Shown one piece after another: positions 45,642 to 57,100 of a DNA stretch of 64,000 bases. Every line of letters starts with the position of its first letter. The first letter of the stretch is position 1. A model generated the notes under the pieces. It was not told the origin of the DNA. It searched no databases and saw only the letters and a list, made by a program, of their open reading frames with translations. The DNA comes from Eledone cirrhosa (taxonomy: Eukaryota), in the NCBI GenBank assembly GCA_964016885.1, contig OZ024741.1, positions 150,226,001-150,290,000 of the forward strand, read 5' to 3'. The position numbers were made by a program, and so were the translations under genes.

Positions 45642-46293
45642 GTTATGGTCAGGTCACCAGTTGGTGCTACTGGTAACATGTATCACCCTCCTCACCAAGA
45701 AACATTGGTGGGGTTGCCAGTTTAGTCGCCAACGACCCGACCATGAGACAGGTTGTAATAAACTGGCAACCCCACCAATGTTTCTTGGTGAGGAGGGTGA
45801 CTTTGGACATCCTGCAGGACTAAAAACAAAACCTGTCAAAGGGCAAAGGAGCTCTTAAGAGTCAATGGCCATCCAAAATCATCGGGAGAGATGACCCCTT
45901 AGCCTTTGTCAAGGCAGAATTCTAGGAGAAGGAAAACTCTGATATAACACCTGCAACCCTGATGGTATCCAATGATGTTGACTTGTTCTTCTTTTTGGTA
46001 CATATCATCTTGGTTAAGAGAGTGGGACTGGCTTTGTGCAGTGCCTTTGCTCACTATAAAAGCTTCACGGCACAGGCATTGCTTTATATCTGGAGATCTC
46101 TCTGCACTTGTCGTCACATGGTACCATGGGCCCAGCACTATGTGTCAATAATTGTCACAAGTGTAGTGTTTGTACCAGAGTTTTCAAATCGCTGGCTGGA
46201 CTAAAAAGTCACACTCGTTCAGCGCATCGGTAGGGGTTCTCCTACATGGATATAAAGTAGTGGCCGTACTCGAAAACGAGTTGGCAGCCACCA
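45642..46293 (+). mobile_element. Internally deleted RTE-like element with a perfect 42-bp hairpin near its 5' end
   Basis: Arms 45683-45724 and 45759-45800. The 3' part encodes HKCSVCTRVFKSLAGLKSH, followed by a (TATG)n tail. Confidence 0.7.
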
Positions 46294-47267
46294 TGTATGT
46301 ATGTATGTATGTATGTATGTATGTATGTATGTATGTATGTATGTATGTATGTATGTATGTATGTATGTATGCATGTATGTATGCATGCAGGCAGGCATAA
46401 ATCTCTGTGCAGGATGAAAAATCGGTGCGAAGAATAAAATAGTCTGTCGTGTTCTATTAAAATCATGTTTGCTTATCTCCTGTTATTGATAAAATCGGCA
46501 GCAGATAATGAGCCGATGCCATATAATATCAAGTAAAAAGACATAATTAAAGATGGTGCTCCAGCATGGCCACAGTCTAATGATTAATAACAGTAATATA
46601 ATAACTGAATAACAGAATAATTGAATAATAGAATATTGTAGCTTGCGCTTTACTTAAATTAGTAGAATTATTTCTGAAAAATTTTCTGAAACTGCAGTTG
46701 ATTCATTCTTTATAATTGATCATTTCATATTTCAATCACGGAAAGTCCTGTTACCTGTTGCAGACAACTTGTAATCCATAGACTAAATACTTTATCTGCT
46801 GCGAAGAATTACAGTCCAATAAAGATTCACAATCCTTCATTTCAGCAGACTGTTTATTTATTAAACTCGGCTTAAGGCGATTACTATTCTTGTACGTACA
46901 CCCATTCTCGGTATGGACCTCCGTCGAATTCGACGATGAGGCTCTAGTCGTTCGATCGGCGGACATATTTTGTATAATGTCTAAGTACACGGAATGGACT
47001 TCCTTCGGCTTCAACGATGACTGTTCAAGTTGCTCGATCAACAGAACAGCCTGCTCCTGAAATTTACGAGTAAGTGGTTGGGTATTCCTCAGACATGTAT
47101 ATCCGACAGGCTTCTGACAGCTTTTGTCTACCCAAATTTACTCACAAGGCTTAGGTTAACATAATACATACTTGCATATAAATGCATGTATACATACATA
47201 TATATACAGGCATGCATACACACATGCATACATACAGACATACATACAGATAAACATATATACATAC

Positions 47268-47670
47268 ATGATGGCTGCATCCCGCTTTCGAGAATTGCTA
47301 TGACTTGATACTTTTCTCACATATTGGTGGCACAAATATGACGTTATAGCCCTGCCATGGATTTACATTCCTTCTGCATATGCTGCAACGAATGGAAAAA
47401 AGCCCTTTTCGGCTACAGGCAGCTATGCTCATGCGACACACGCGTTAGACGTTTAGATAAAGTGATGTCTTTGAAGTTTTTTAAAATGAAGAAATACCTT
47501 GCACTGGACAAAACCGACTCTTTGAACAACGGTGACTGGTATCCCAAAAGAACAGGTCAATATCATTGGTTGCAATCAAGTCGCAGGTTTTACAACAGAA
47601 TTTTCTTTCTCCTAGAATGATATCCTAAACAGGGCCTGGGACTTTCACTCCCAGTGGACTAATCGCGCAC
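47268..47670 (-). mobile_element. RTE-derived element, related family
   Basis: Minus strand has tcattctaggagaaagaaaattctg and ends ttctcgaaagcgggatgcagccatcatgtatg. Confidence 0.55.
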
Positions 47671-47678
47671 TCGGACAC

Positions 47679-47825
47679 TAAATCCCGCCGAGGTTTGTTT
47701 TGCCTTTCATCCTTATGATAAAATAAAGTACCAGTAACACACTGAGGTCGATTTAATCGACTTTTCCCTCCCCCCAAATTATTGATCTTGTGCCTAAATC
47801 AGAAATCATTATTATTATTATTATT
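47679..47825 (+). mobile_element. 5'-truncated SINE S1 variant with (ATT)n tail
   Basis: aaatcccgccgagg..gcctttcatcc..aaagtaccag..cttgtgcctaaatcagaaatc(att)n. Confidence 0.8.
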
Positions 47826-50800
47826 GAATGCTATGGCTGACGGAGGCTCGGCTCTGTAAGGTATTGTAAATTTTGAACGCTATAACAATTGTAAATTGTT
47901 TAAAACTTTAACCAACTTGTAGACAAAAACACCCTCCTCCTCGTGAGAGGGGTCTTTCTGCCCGTTATTTGGCCCTTTGGGGTTAAATAACTGCTTATTG
48001 GGGTTTTGTACCCAATATTTATTTTAAACAAAAAAAACAACAACATGGCTACGAAAAAGAATTTTCATAGGTCACTCCTACTCATTCCGTCTTCTTCTTC
48101 CTCAATCGTCACTACAGCAGAGAGAAGATTGTCTCTCTCCCTCCCTTCTTTAAATGTGTCTCTCTCCCTCCCTTCTCTTTCGCAAGCGACGACAGAAAAG
48201 AAAAGTCTCGTGCAAAGCGTGCAAGATTTCTCCACGACGACGACAACAACGACGAAACAGGTGTGCGGGAAATACGAAAACCCATTTCATTCGTCTGACG
48301 TCAGGAATAATAGCAGTAGCAGCCGTAATAACAACAGCAACAGTGACAATGAAAACAACAGTAGCAGCCGCAACAGCATCACCAGCAGCATAAACAACAA
48401 CAGCATTAGCAGCAGCAACACCAACAACAACCACAGCAACAGCGGCGGAGGCAGTAGTCGTAGTACCTGCAGCAACAACAAAAGTAACAGCAGCTCTGAC
48501 GACAACAACAACAACAGCAGCAAAGAAAAACCAATCTCGTTTGCAGGTATCGCGAAGAACCTGGAAACAATCCTAATAACAAATGAGGAATTAGAGGAAG
48601 CGAAGAAGATGGTGACAAAGACTGGACACCGAGAAATCTGCAAGGCAGCGGAAAATTTTTTCGAAACCCAACAGCACTGTACGGTCACGTACCGTACAGT
48701 AAGTACAAAATCCCGTAGGGTTGAAAGAGCCACAGAGGCTCAAATACAAAAAGCCTTGGGGTCTGTGTGGCAGCGGAAAACGCACATCACCCGAGGCAAA
48801 AAAATGCCACCGTAGACGTACTTTTTGCCACACCCCAGGAGGCAAAGGCTCAATCCGTAGTGACCCTAAGGGGCGAGGAAATGGTGTTGGTGCCCTCCTA
48901 CTGCGGGCAAAAAATTGTGAGGGTCAAACTGACCCACGTCCCCCCGGGATGGCCCCTTCTTGGCTGGCCGCGTCTGTCCTCGTCGGAATCGAGGACAAAA
49001 CAACTGTACTGCAAGTACAGAAAAAAGTAAGAGAAGATTGGGTCGGCACCTCCATTGAGATGTTAATCCAAACCAACCAGGAGTGCATCGAAGCTATCCC
49101 GGATGTGATAGACTTCGATAACGGCACTCAACTTCCCATAAGTGTTGAGGGCAAACGCCCGAAATGCTTTCGCTGTGGATCGAAGACTCACCTCAGGGCC
49201 TTCTGCAACGAGAAGACCCTGAGAAAGGAGAAAACCCCCCTCCTTCCGAAACCGGCTCCACGGCTACCAGTAACAGGACAAGCGGCAACCAGGAACGATA
49301 GGTCCGTGGCACCCATACCCACGCCACGGAAATCAAAAACAGCAGCAGCAGTGGAAATATTAACAACAACAACAACAGCAATACCAAATGCAGCTGCAAC
49401 AGAGACTCCAGTGCAAACATCACCAACAACAACAAGTGAAAGAGTGGAGCTGGTACCCCTCCCCGACTTCACAGAATCAGACATGGAGTGTGAGGTGGGA
49501 GAGGAATGGCAAAAGGTCGTAAGAAGGCACAAACGCAGAAGCAGCGCATCGTCGCCTTTGAAAAGGGAGGAAAGAAATGAGAAAAGGGTAAAGTCTACTG
49601 CAAAGAGACTCACAGCAGCAACACCACCAACACCATCACCACCCACACTAACACCACCATCACCACCGGCGAAAACCCCACCGCCAACAACACCTTCAAC
49701 ACCACCACCACAAGCACCAACATCGCAAACACAACAATAAAACACACACACCCAGCAGCAACGACAAGAAAATAGCAGAACGACACCCCACCCCCAGAAA
49801 AACAAATGCACGGCAATAAATACACACAACAAGAAACTAACGACTACATAATACCAGCACCAATCAAAACGCCAACTAACATAAGACTGCTAAAAATAGC
49901 ACAGAAACAATACACAAACATTAAAACGAAATTCCCCAACGCAGTTGGTGATTTCAGGGACCTAGGAGGAACTATCAATCGAAGAGTATATTCGGACATA
50001 CTCATAGAAAAGCCGACGACCAGCCGAAGGGACGATTCAACGGTCCCTTCACCAGACGATCAAGTGAAAAGGGATGTAAAAACCATCCCTCCTCTACGAA
50101 AAGTACGGTAAGTGGTCTTTCCCATCTTTTCCACTCTATTTTAAACATGACCTCACTCAGAATAGGCAGCATAAATGCGCGTGGATTGGGGTCGTCATGG
50201 AAGCAGGGTCACCTGCTCAACGACCTCGGGTCACTAAACATAGATGTAGTGGCCATCTGCGAGACCAGAATCTCCGAAGCACGGGCCTTCGCACCGATCT
50301 TCGGCGGCTACGATGTGTACGCATCTCCCAGCCGTCCTGGATCGGGGGGAGGAGTTGCTGTGCTTTTTCGGAGAGGTTTGGATCTCGCCATACGGGCAAT
50401 CTTCCTGGACCCAGAGGGTAAGCTGGTGGTGCTGGACGTGACCAGCGGAGACGGGCAAGCTTTCAGGCTAGTGGCCGTCTATGTCCCGACAGGAGCAGGG
50501 CGGCCTGATTTCTTCCGGCCTGATTTCTTCTGGAGACCTTTCTTGGAACGTCCCGCTCTTTAGTGTTAGTGGGCGACTGGAACGGGATCTTAGATGCACG
50601 CTGGGACTGTGTGGGATTAGCGGATAGGGGAGGAGGGTGCAAGAGCCTCACCAACCTGCTCAGGCGTTTTGAACTGTCTGACAGGTACCGATTGGATTTC
50701 CCGAATGTGCCAATATGCACTTGGACAAATCGCATAGGGTCATCCAGATCATATCTAGATAGAGTATTTTGTAGGGAAATAGATAGGTCTAGCTTAGGCT

Positions 50801-53756
50801 GTCCACAATTCAACATAGTCAGCTACACGGACCACAAATTCGTGATCTGTGTGCTTGACTTAGATAGGCTTCATAGACGAGGACCCGGCTACTGGAAGCT
50901 AAACGCGTCCTTACCAGCGCGCAAGGCCTACAGAGACCGGATTAGCGAACTAGTTAAGCGGGCGTTGACGGGGGCCATCGTCAACAACAAGTGGTGGTTT
51001 GCTCTGAAAAGAGCGATTAGAATAGAATCGATTAGGTTTAGTAAGGCTTTAGCAATAGAGAAAAATAGAGCAGAGGGAGAACTAGTTAGAAAATTAGACG
51101 AGGCGCTTAGCAAAGGCATTGCGACCGACGTGCTTGCGGCGAAATTGGCCCTTGACCAATTCTTCAATGCAAAGCACGAAGGCTGCGTTGTCAGAGCAAG
51201 GGTGCGTGCTCTCAGACACGAGGGGACGAAAGCCGTTCAATGGGCCCGAGTGGCGGAGGCGCGTCGTGGCAACAAAGCCACGATCCGGTCTTTGGTGGAC
51301 CACGGCGGGCGCATACTACTCGATCCCGGGCAAATGTGTGAAGCTTTTCAGCGACACTTCGCTCAGCTGTTCGGGGACAGCGGTGGGCCGGGTAGAGGGA
51401 TGGACTTTAGTGTCTACCTCGACGGACTGCCGCGGCTCTCGGCCACTGAGGCGAAGTGTTGCGAAAAGCCGATAACAGCCGCTGAAGTAAGGGAGGCAAT
51501 GACTGGCTGCACAAGGGGTAAATCGCCTGGTTTGGATGGTCTGCCCTATGAACTTTACGTACAGATGCCAGACTTGTTCGGAGGCCTCTTGGCGGACGTC
51601 TACTGCAACTGGCAACAGAACGGGAGAATTCCCAGTTCTGTGAGCCGAGGAGCGGTGGCACTGCTGAGAAAGGATCCGAACAAGGGGATAACATAGATAA
51701 TTTCCGGCCCATAACTCTGCTAAACACAGAGTTCAAGATTTTGGCCAAGGTGCTAGCAAAGAGGTTGGCGCTTGTCGTTGGTGGTCTGGTGGGACAGGCG
51801 CAGACATGCGCCATTCCCGACAGATCCATCCACGACAACCTCCACCTCATGCGATACATCATAGAGAGGGTAGCTAAGGAACCTGGCACGGGTGGGTCCT
51901 TGATCAATTTAGATCAGTCGAAAGCTTTCGATAGGGTCGACCATCGTTACCTAGCGGCAGTCCTGAGGGCGGCTGGCTTTGGGCCCGTCTTCAGAGGCTG
52001 GATCGCTGCCATGCACAGCGACATCTGTGTCCCTCTTGTACGTATTGACTCTCGAGCCATTACTGCACAAACTGGAGACGTTGAGGGGAGTCCCGCGCGA
52101 ACTAGGATGCGGAAGATCCGTGTCAGCATATGCGGACGATGTCACCGTAGTGGTGTCGAACGCCAAACAGATCGAGGCGATCGGCACTACACTAAGAGAA
52201 TACGAAGCGGTGACAGGAGCAATGATCAACCAGGAAAAGTCAGTGGGCCTGCAGCTCGGCACCTGGAGAGGCAGGTCCATGCCGTCCAACAGCGTCGTCG
52301 GGTGCTGGACGGACGGACCGGTTAAATTGCTAGGGGTCTGGTTCGGTCCGGACCTCCAGACGGACAAAAACTGGGACGAGGTGACGAGCAGGGTGGCTTC
52401 TCTCACCCAGAAATGGGCGGAGAGGAAGCTATCCCTGAAAGGTCGAGCGGAGGTGGCTAACGCGTACATCGCGTCTGTCATCTGCTACCGCCTAACCGTC
52501 GTACCTTGTCCTAAGCCTCACCTGACTGCGCTGGAGCGTTTGCTCTTTCGCTTTTTGTGGAAGGGACGTGCTCCGATGGTCAGGCGGTCCATCTGTTGTC
52601 AACACCCGCTACGTGGAGGGCTGGGCATGCCGTGGCTGATGATGCGCAGGCACGCGCTCAGGCTACGACATCTCCACCTCTTCCTCGACGGTGATCAGGT
52701 GTGGTCGCCGTTTGCTAGACGCGTTTTTCCCCAGCTCGTTTCCTTGACGGAGCTGCAGTCCTGGGTCAAGCGAAGACCGAGAGGGAGCGCCTGGAGACTG
52801 GAATGTCTTCAGGCGCTCACAGCCCTCGACCAATCGGGCAATGTGATCGGTGGAAACTCCACCTCGGCGTTCTATAGAGGATTAGTGGAGGGGAAGAGCG
52901 ACGACGTACTTGGGGAAACTCTAGGCGTCGACGAAAATCAACTAGCCAATCTCTTCGGAAGAACTTTCGGGCCAGGGCCTATGGACAACTTCCAGAAATC
53001 TCTGGCCTGGCAGTGCTACCGAGGAGCCTTGCCAGTTCGGGATAAACTCTACAGGCATGGAGGTGCCGTCAGCCGGGCATGTCCGAGATGCGCGCAGGGC
53101 GACGAAACCGTCCTGCACGCACTCGTCCAGTGTCCGAAAATTGCTGACTTGTGGGTTTATGTCGAACACCTGCTGTCGCGTTTAGGACGGATCCAGCTAT
53201 CATCTGAGTCCATCGTGAGGATTGCCCCGCCCTCCTCCTTTAGCCGGGAAGGGCAGGCAGTTTTTATCTGTCTGGTGGCCATGGCGAAAGAGATAGTATG
53301 GTGGACACGTTTGAAAGGGCTGAAGACGAGCACTTACCTCTTCGGTGATGCTCTGATTGACTTTTTCAAATTTCATTTGAAAAGGAAAATCAGAGTAGAG
53401 AGGGAAGTGCTCTCTTCCCAGCATTTTGTTGAAAGATGGGTGAGAGAAGCAAGAATGGCCCGAGTGAATGGGCCGACTCTGAGTATATATCTGTAAACTA
53501 AAGGTGGAAAACTGGGAGAGGACACTTGCCTTGGTGGTCAGGGTCATTGTGGCTTTTTACTGGGCTTTCTCCACAAATGTCCCTCCGAAGTCTCCCCCCT
53601 ATTGGGGAATTTTTCATTGTTATTTTCATTGTTATTTTTGTTACATCCTCTGTTTTTGTTTTTTTACACGCAGAAATGCCCATTTGTACCGTCCTGCATT
53701 GTCCTGCACTGTCCTTAATGTCTACTTTATGTAAACCCTTGTGGTTAATAAAGAAA

Positions 53757-53758
<2 letters not shown>
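47826..53758 (+). mobile_element. Full-length Tx1-clade LINE (Tx1-B)
   Basis: ORF1 about 48045-50111 (CFRCGSKTHLRAFC), ORF2 50147-53496, 3' end cccttgtggttaataaagaaatc, then (ATT)n 53759-53792. Confidence 0.93.
50147..53496 (+). pseudogene. Tx1-B ORF2 (APE + RT + CCHC), frameshifted, RQGCPLS segment deleted near 52028
   Basis: ORF pieces 50147-50563, 50563-51696, 51741-52325 and 51979-53496, with YADD and CPRCAQGDETVLHALVQC. Confidence 0.92.
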
Positions 53759-53792
<34 letters not shown>

Positions 53793-53793
<1 letters not shown>

Positions 53794-54185
53794 GGCGAAT
53801 TGGCAGTATCGGTAGAGGGTTGGACACTCTGCTTTGCAGCAAAGAGTTACGGCCATTTATGGTCTGAGTTCAAATCCCGCAGAGGTTAACTTTGCCTTTC
53901 ATCCTTACGGGGTCGATAAAATAAAGTACCAGTAATGTACTGGGTAATTGCTGGCCTTGTGCCTAAAGTAGAAACAATTATTATTATTATTACGGTGGAT
54001 TGGCTGTATCGGTAGAGGGCCGGACGCCATGCTTTGCAACAAAGAGTTACGGCCCTTTATGGTCTGAGTTCAAATCCCGGCGAGGTTAACTTTGCCTTTC
54101 ATCCTTACGGGGTCGATAAAATGAAGTACCAGTAATGTACTGGCTAATTGTTGGCCTTGTGCCTAAAGTAGAAACAATTATTATT
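53793..54185 (+). mobile_element. Two tandem full-length SINE S1 copies
   Basis: 53793-53992 and 53993-54185, each with A/B boxes, core and ccttgtgcctaaagtagaaaca(att)n. Confidence 0.92.
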
Positions 54186-57100
54186 GGTCTGTTCGGACGT
54201 CTTTTTGCTCGCTCCCACTAGGTCGCTTTATTTGGCTGTTATAATTATTTGTTGTTTAATTTTTCTTGTTGTGTAAGGGACTTTTCCCTGTGAAGGGTAA
54301 AGTATAATATTTGGGCCTTTTGGTCAAAATATTTGAACAATTTTTGAACATTTTACTTTAAAAAAAAAAACATGGCTGAGCCACGCCGCCCCAGCAATAT
54401 GTCTGCTGTCGTGTGACAATAGCGTAAAAGTTGAGAGGAGGGTTACAGAAATTGATACAACAAACACCACCACAAACAACGTGAACAAAGAAAACAACAC
54501 TGAGAACACTATTTTAAAAAAAATTACTACACCAACTACAACAATAACAGCGACAACCAAAATACAGACAATAGAAAAAAATGACAACAAATGCAACAAC
54601 GATATTAACACCACTAACAAGAAAATAAACAACGACAACACCAACAGTAACAATACAAATTGCACCGAAAACAACAACAACGGTGGCACCAAAAACACAA
54701 CCAACTACAACAGTGATAACACCAACACCAACAACACCGTTTGTAGCAGTAGCAACAGCAACAGCACCAACAACAAGACCAATAGCAGCAGTAACGGCAG
54801 CAATAATGGTGCCGCTGAAAAAGGGGCCATTTCTTTCGCAGGTGTGGCCCGAAATATAGAGACAGTCGCAAGAGCCATGGTGACAAGAAATGACAATAGA
54901 GTTTCCCTGAAACCTCCACCCGATTTCTTCAAAGACCAACAGCTGCGCCCGGTGACTTACCGCACCGTAAGCAAAATGTCACATCGGGTGGAGCGAGCCA
55001 CGGAGGCTCAAATCCAAAAGGCCTTGGGGTGCGTCTGGGCGCGCAAAACCCACATCACCCGAGGCAAAAAGTACGCCACAGTAGACGTACTTTTCGACAC
55101 CCCTCAAGAGGCGTAGTCTCACTCTTTGGAAACCCTAAAGAGTGAGGAGATAGTCTTGGTGCCCTCCTACTGAGGGCAGAAAATTGTGAGAGTCAAAGTG
55201 ACCCAGGTCCCGCCCGACGTGCCCATACCTTGGCTGACCGCGTCTGTACTTGCTGGAATCGAGGAGAAGACCACCATACTGTCAATACAGAGAATGGGAA
55301 GAGAGAACTGGTCAGGAATAGGCATGCAAATGCTAATAAAAACTGATCAGGAGTGCATCGAGGCCATCCCAGATATCACAGACCTTGAGGAAGGACTCCA
55401 ACTCCCTACAAGCGTGGAAGGAAGGCGCCCAAAGTGCTATCTCTGTGGGCAGAAGGGTCACCCCAGGGCCTTCTGCCCGCAGAAGACAGCAAAGAAGAGG
55501 GCCCCCTCCTTCCGACGCCTCATCCGCTGCAATCAAGAGCAGGGCAGGCAACAGAGGCAGAAGACCCTTCCATGGTGAGTAGGAGAGCAACGTCCGTGGC
55601 ACCCATACCAAGGCCATGGACAACTAAAACAGTTGGCAGTGGCGGCAACACCACCAGTCGCAGTAGCTACACCGGCGGCAAAATCGCCGGAGCGGGCTCC
55701 CCTACCAACACCAACAGAAGTGGAGCTCATGCCCCTCCCAGACGCCACGGAATCCGACATGGAGTATGAGGTGGGAAGGAAGTGGCAAACGGTCTGCCAC
55801 AAAAAAGAAAAAAAGAATAAAACCCTTAGCTTCACCCTCCAAAGGCCAAGGCAAACAAAGAGGGGTAAAGGTTGCAAAGAGACTTGCAGCAACACCACCA
55901 TCATCATCATCACCACCACAAGAAACACCACCAACAAAAACCACACCACCACCAGCATCACCAAAATCACCAACATCGCAAACACAACAAAGCACACACA
56001 CCCAACAGCAGCAACAAGAAAACAGTAACAAAATCACCCCTCCCCCCCAAAAAGTACACAGCCATAAACATGGCAAATAAAGAACTCTTACAACATATAA
56101 AGCAGCACACAGACATCACAGACAAAAATTACTACACCCCACCAACACCAAGAACTCTCCCGAAAAATATAAAGATTATTGAAATCAAAATAGAACATTA
56201 TTAACTTTTAAAAGAAAATTTCCCCAACGCAGTTGGAGACTTCAGAGGGTCGGTTACCAAGAGGATATACACCGACATCATCTTGGAAATACCCATGACC
56301 AGCCAAAGGGACGGTTCGACTGTCCCTTTCCCACACGATCAGGGCAGGTGATCCTTTCTCACTTACTCCATTCCTCACCCAACATGGCCTTACTTAGAAT
56401 AGGCAGTATAAATGTACGTGGCCTGGGGTCATCTTGGAAGCAGGGCCACCTGCTTAACGATCTCAGGTCACTAAATATAGATGTGGTTGCCATCAGCGAG
56501 ACCAGAATTTCCGAAGCACGAGCCTTCGCACCGATCTTCGGCGGCTACGATGTATACGCATCTCGCAGTCGTCTAGGCTCGGGGAAAGGAGTTGCTGTGC
56601 TTTTTTGGAGAGGCTTTGATCTCGCCATACGGGCCATCTTCCTGGACCCAGAAGGTAAGTCGGTGGCGCTGAACGTGACCGGCAGCGAAGGCAATGCTTT
56701 CAGGCTAGTAGCCGTCTACCCCCCAACAGGGGCAGGACGGCCAGATTTCTTCAGACGTCTGGAGACCTTTCTTGGAACGTCCCGCTCCTTAGTGTTAGTG
56801 GGCGACTGGAACGGTATCTTAGATGCATGCTGGGATTATGTGGGGCTAGTAGACAGGACAGGAGGGTGTAAAAGCCTCAACAACCTGCTCAGACGTTTTG
56901 AACTGTCTGACAGGTATAGACTGGATTATCCGAATGTGCCAATGTGGACATGGGCAAAACGCATCGGGTCATCCAGATCGTATTTAGATAGGGTATTCTG
57001 TAGGGAAACAGATAAGGATAGTGTAGGTTGTCCACAATTTAAAGTAATCGACTACACGGACCACGAATTTCTGATCTGTGAAGTTGACTTAGATAGACTC

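Noticed and set aside
53793-53885. tRNA gene
   Set aside because: It has A/B boxes but no cloverleaf, and is the head of a multi-copy SINE.
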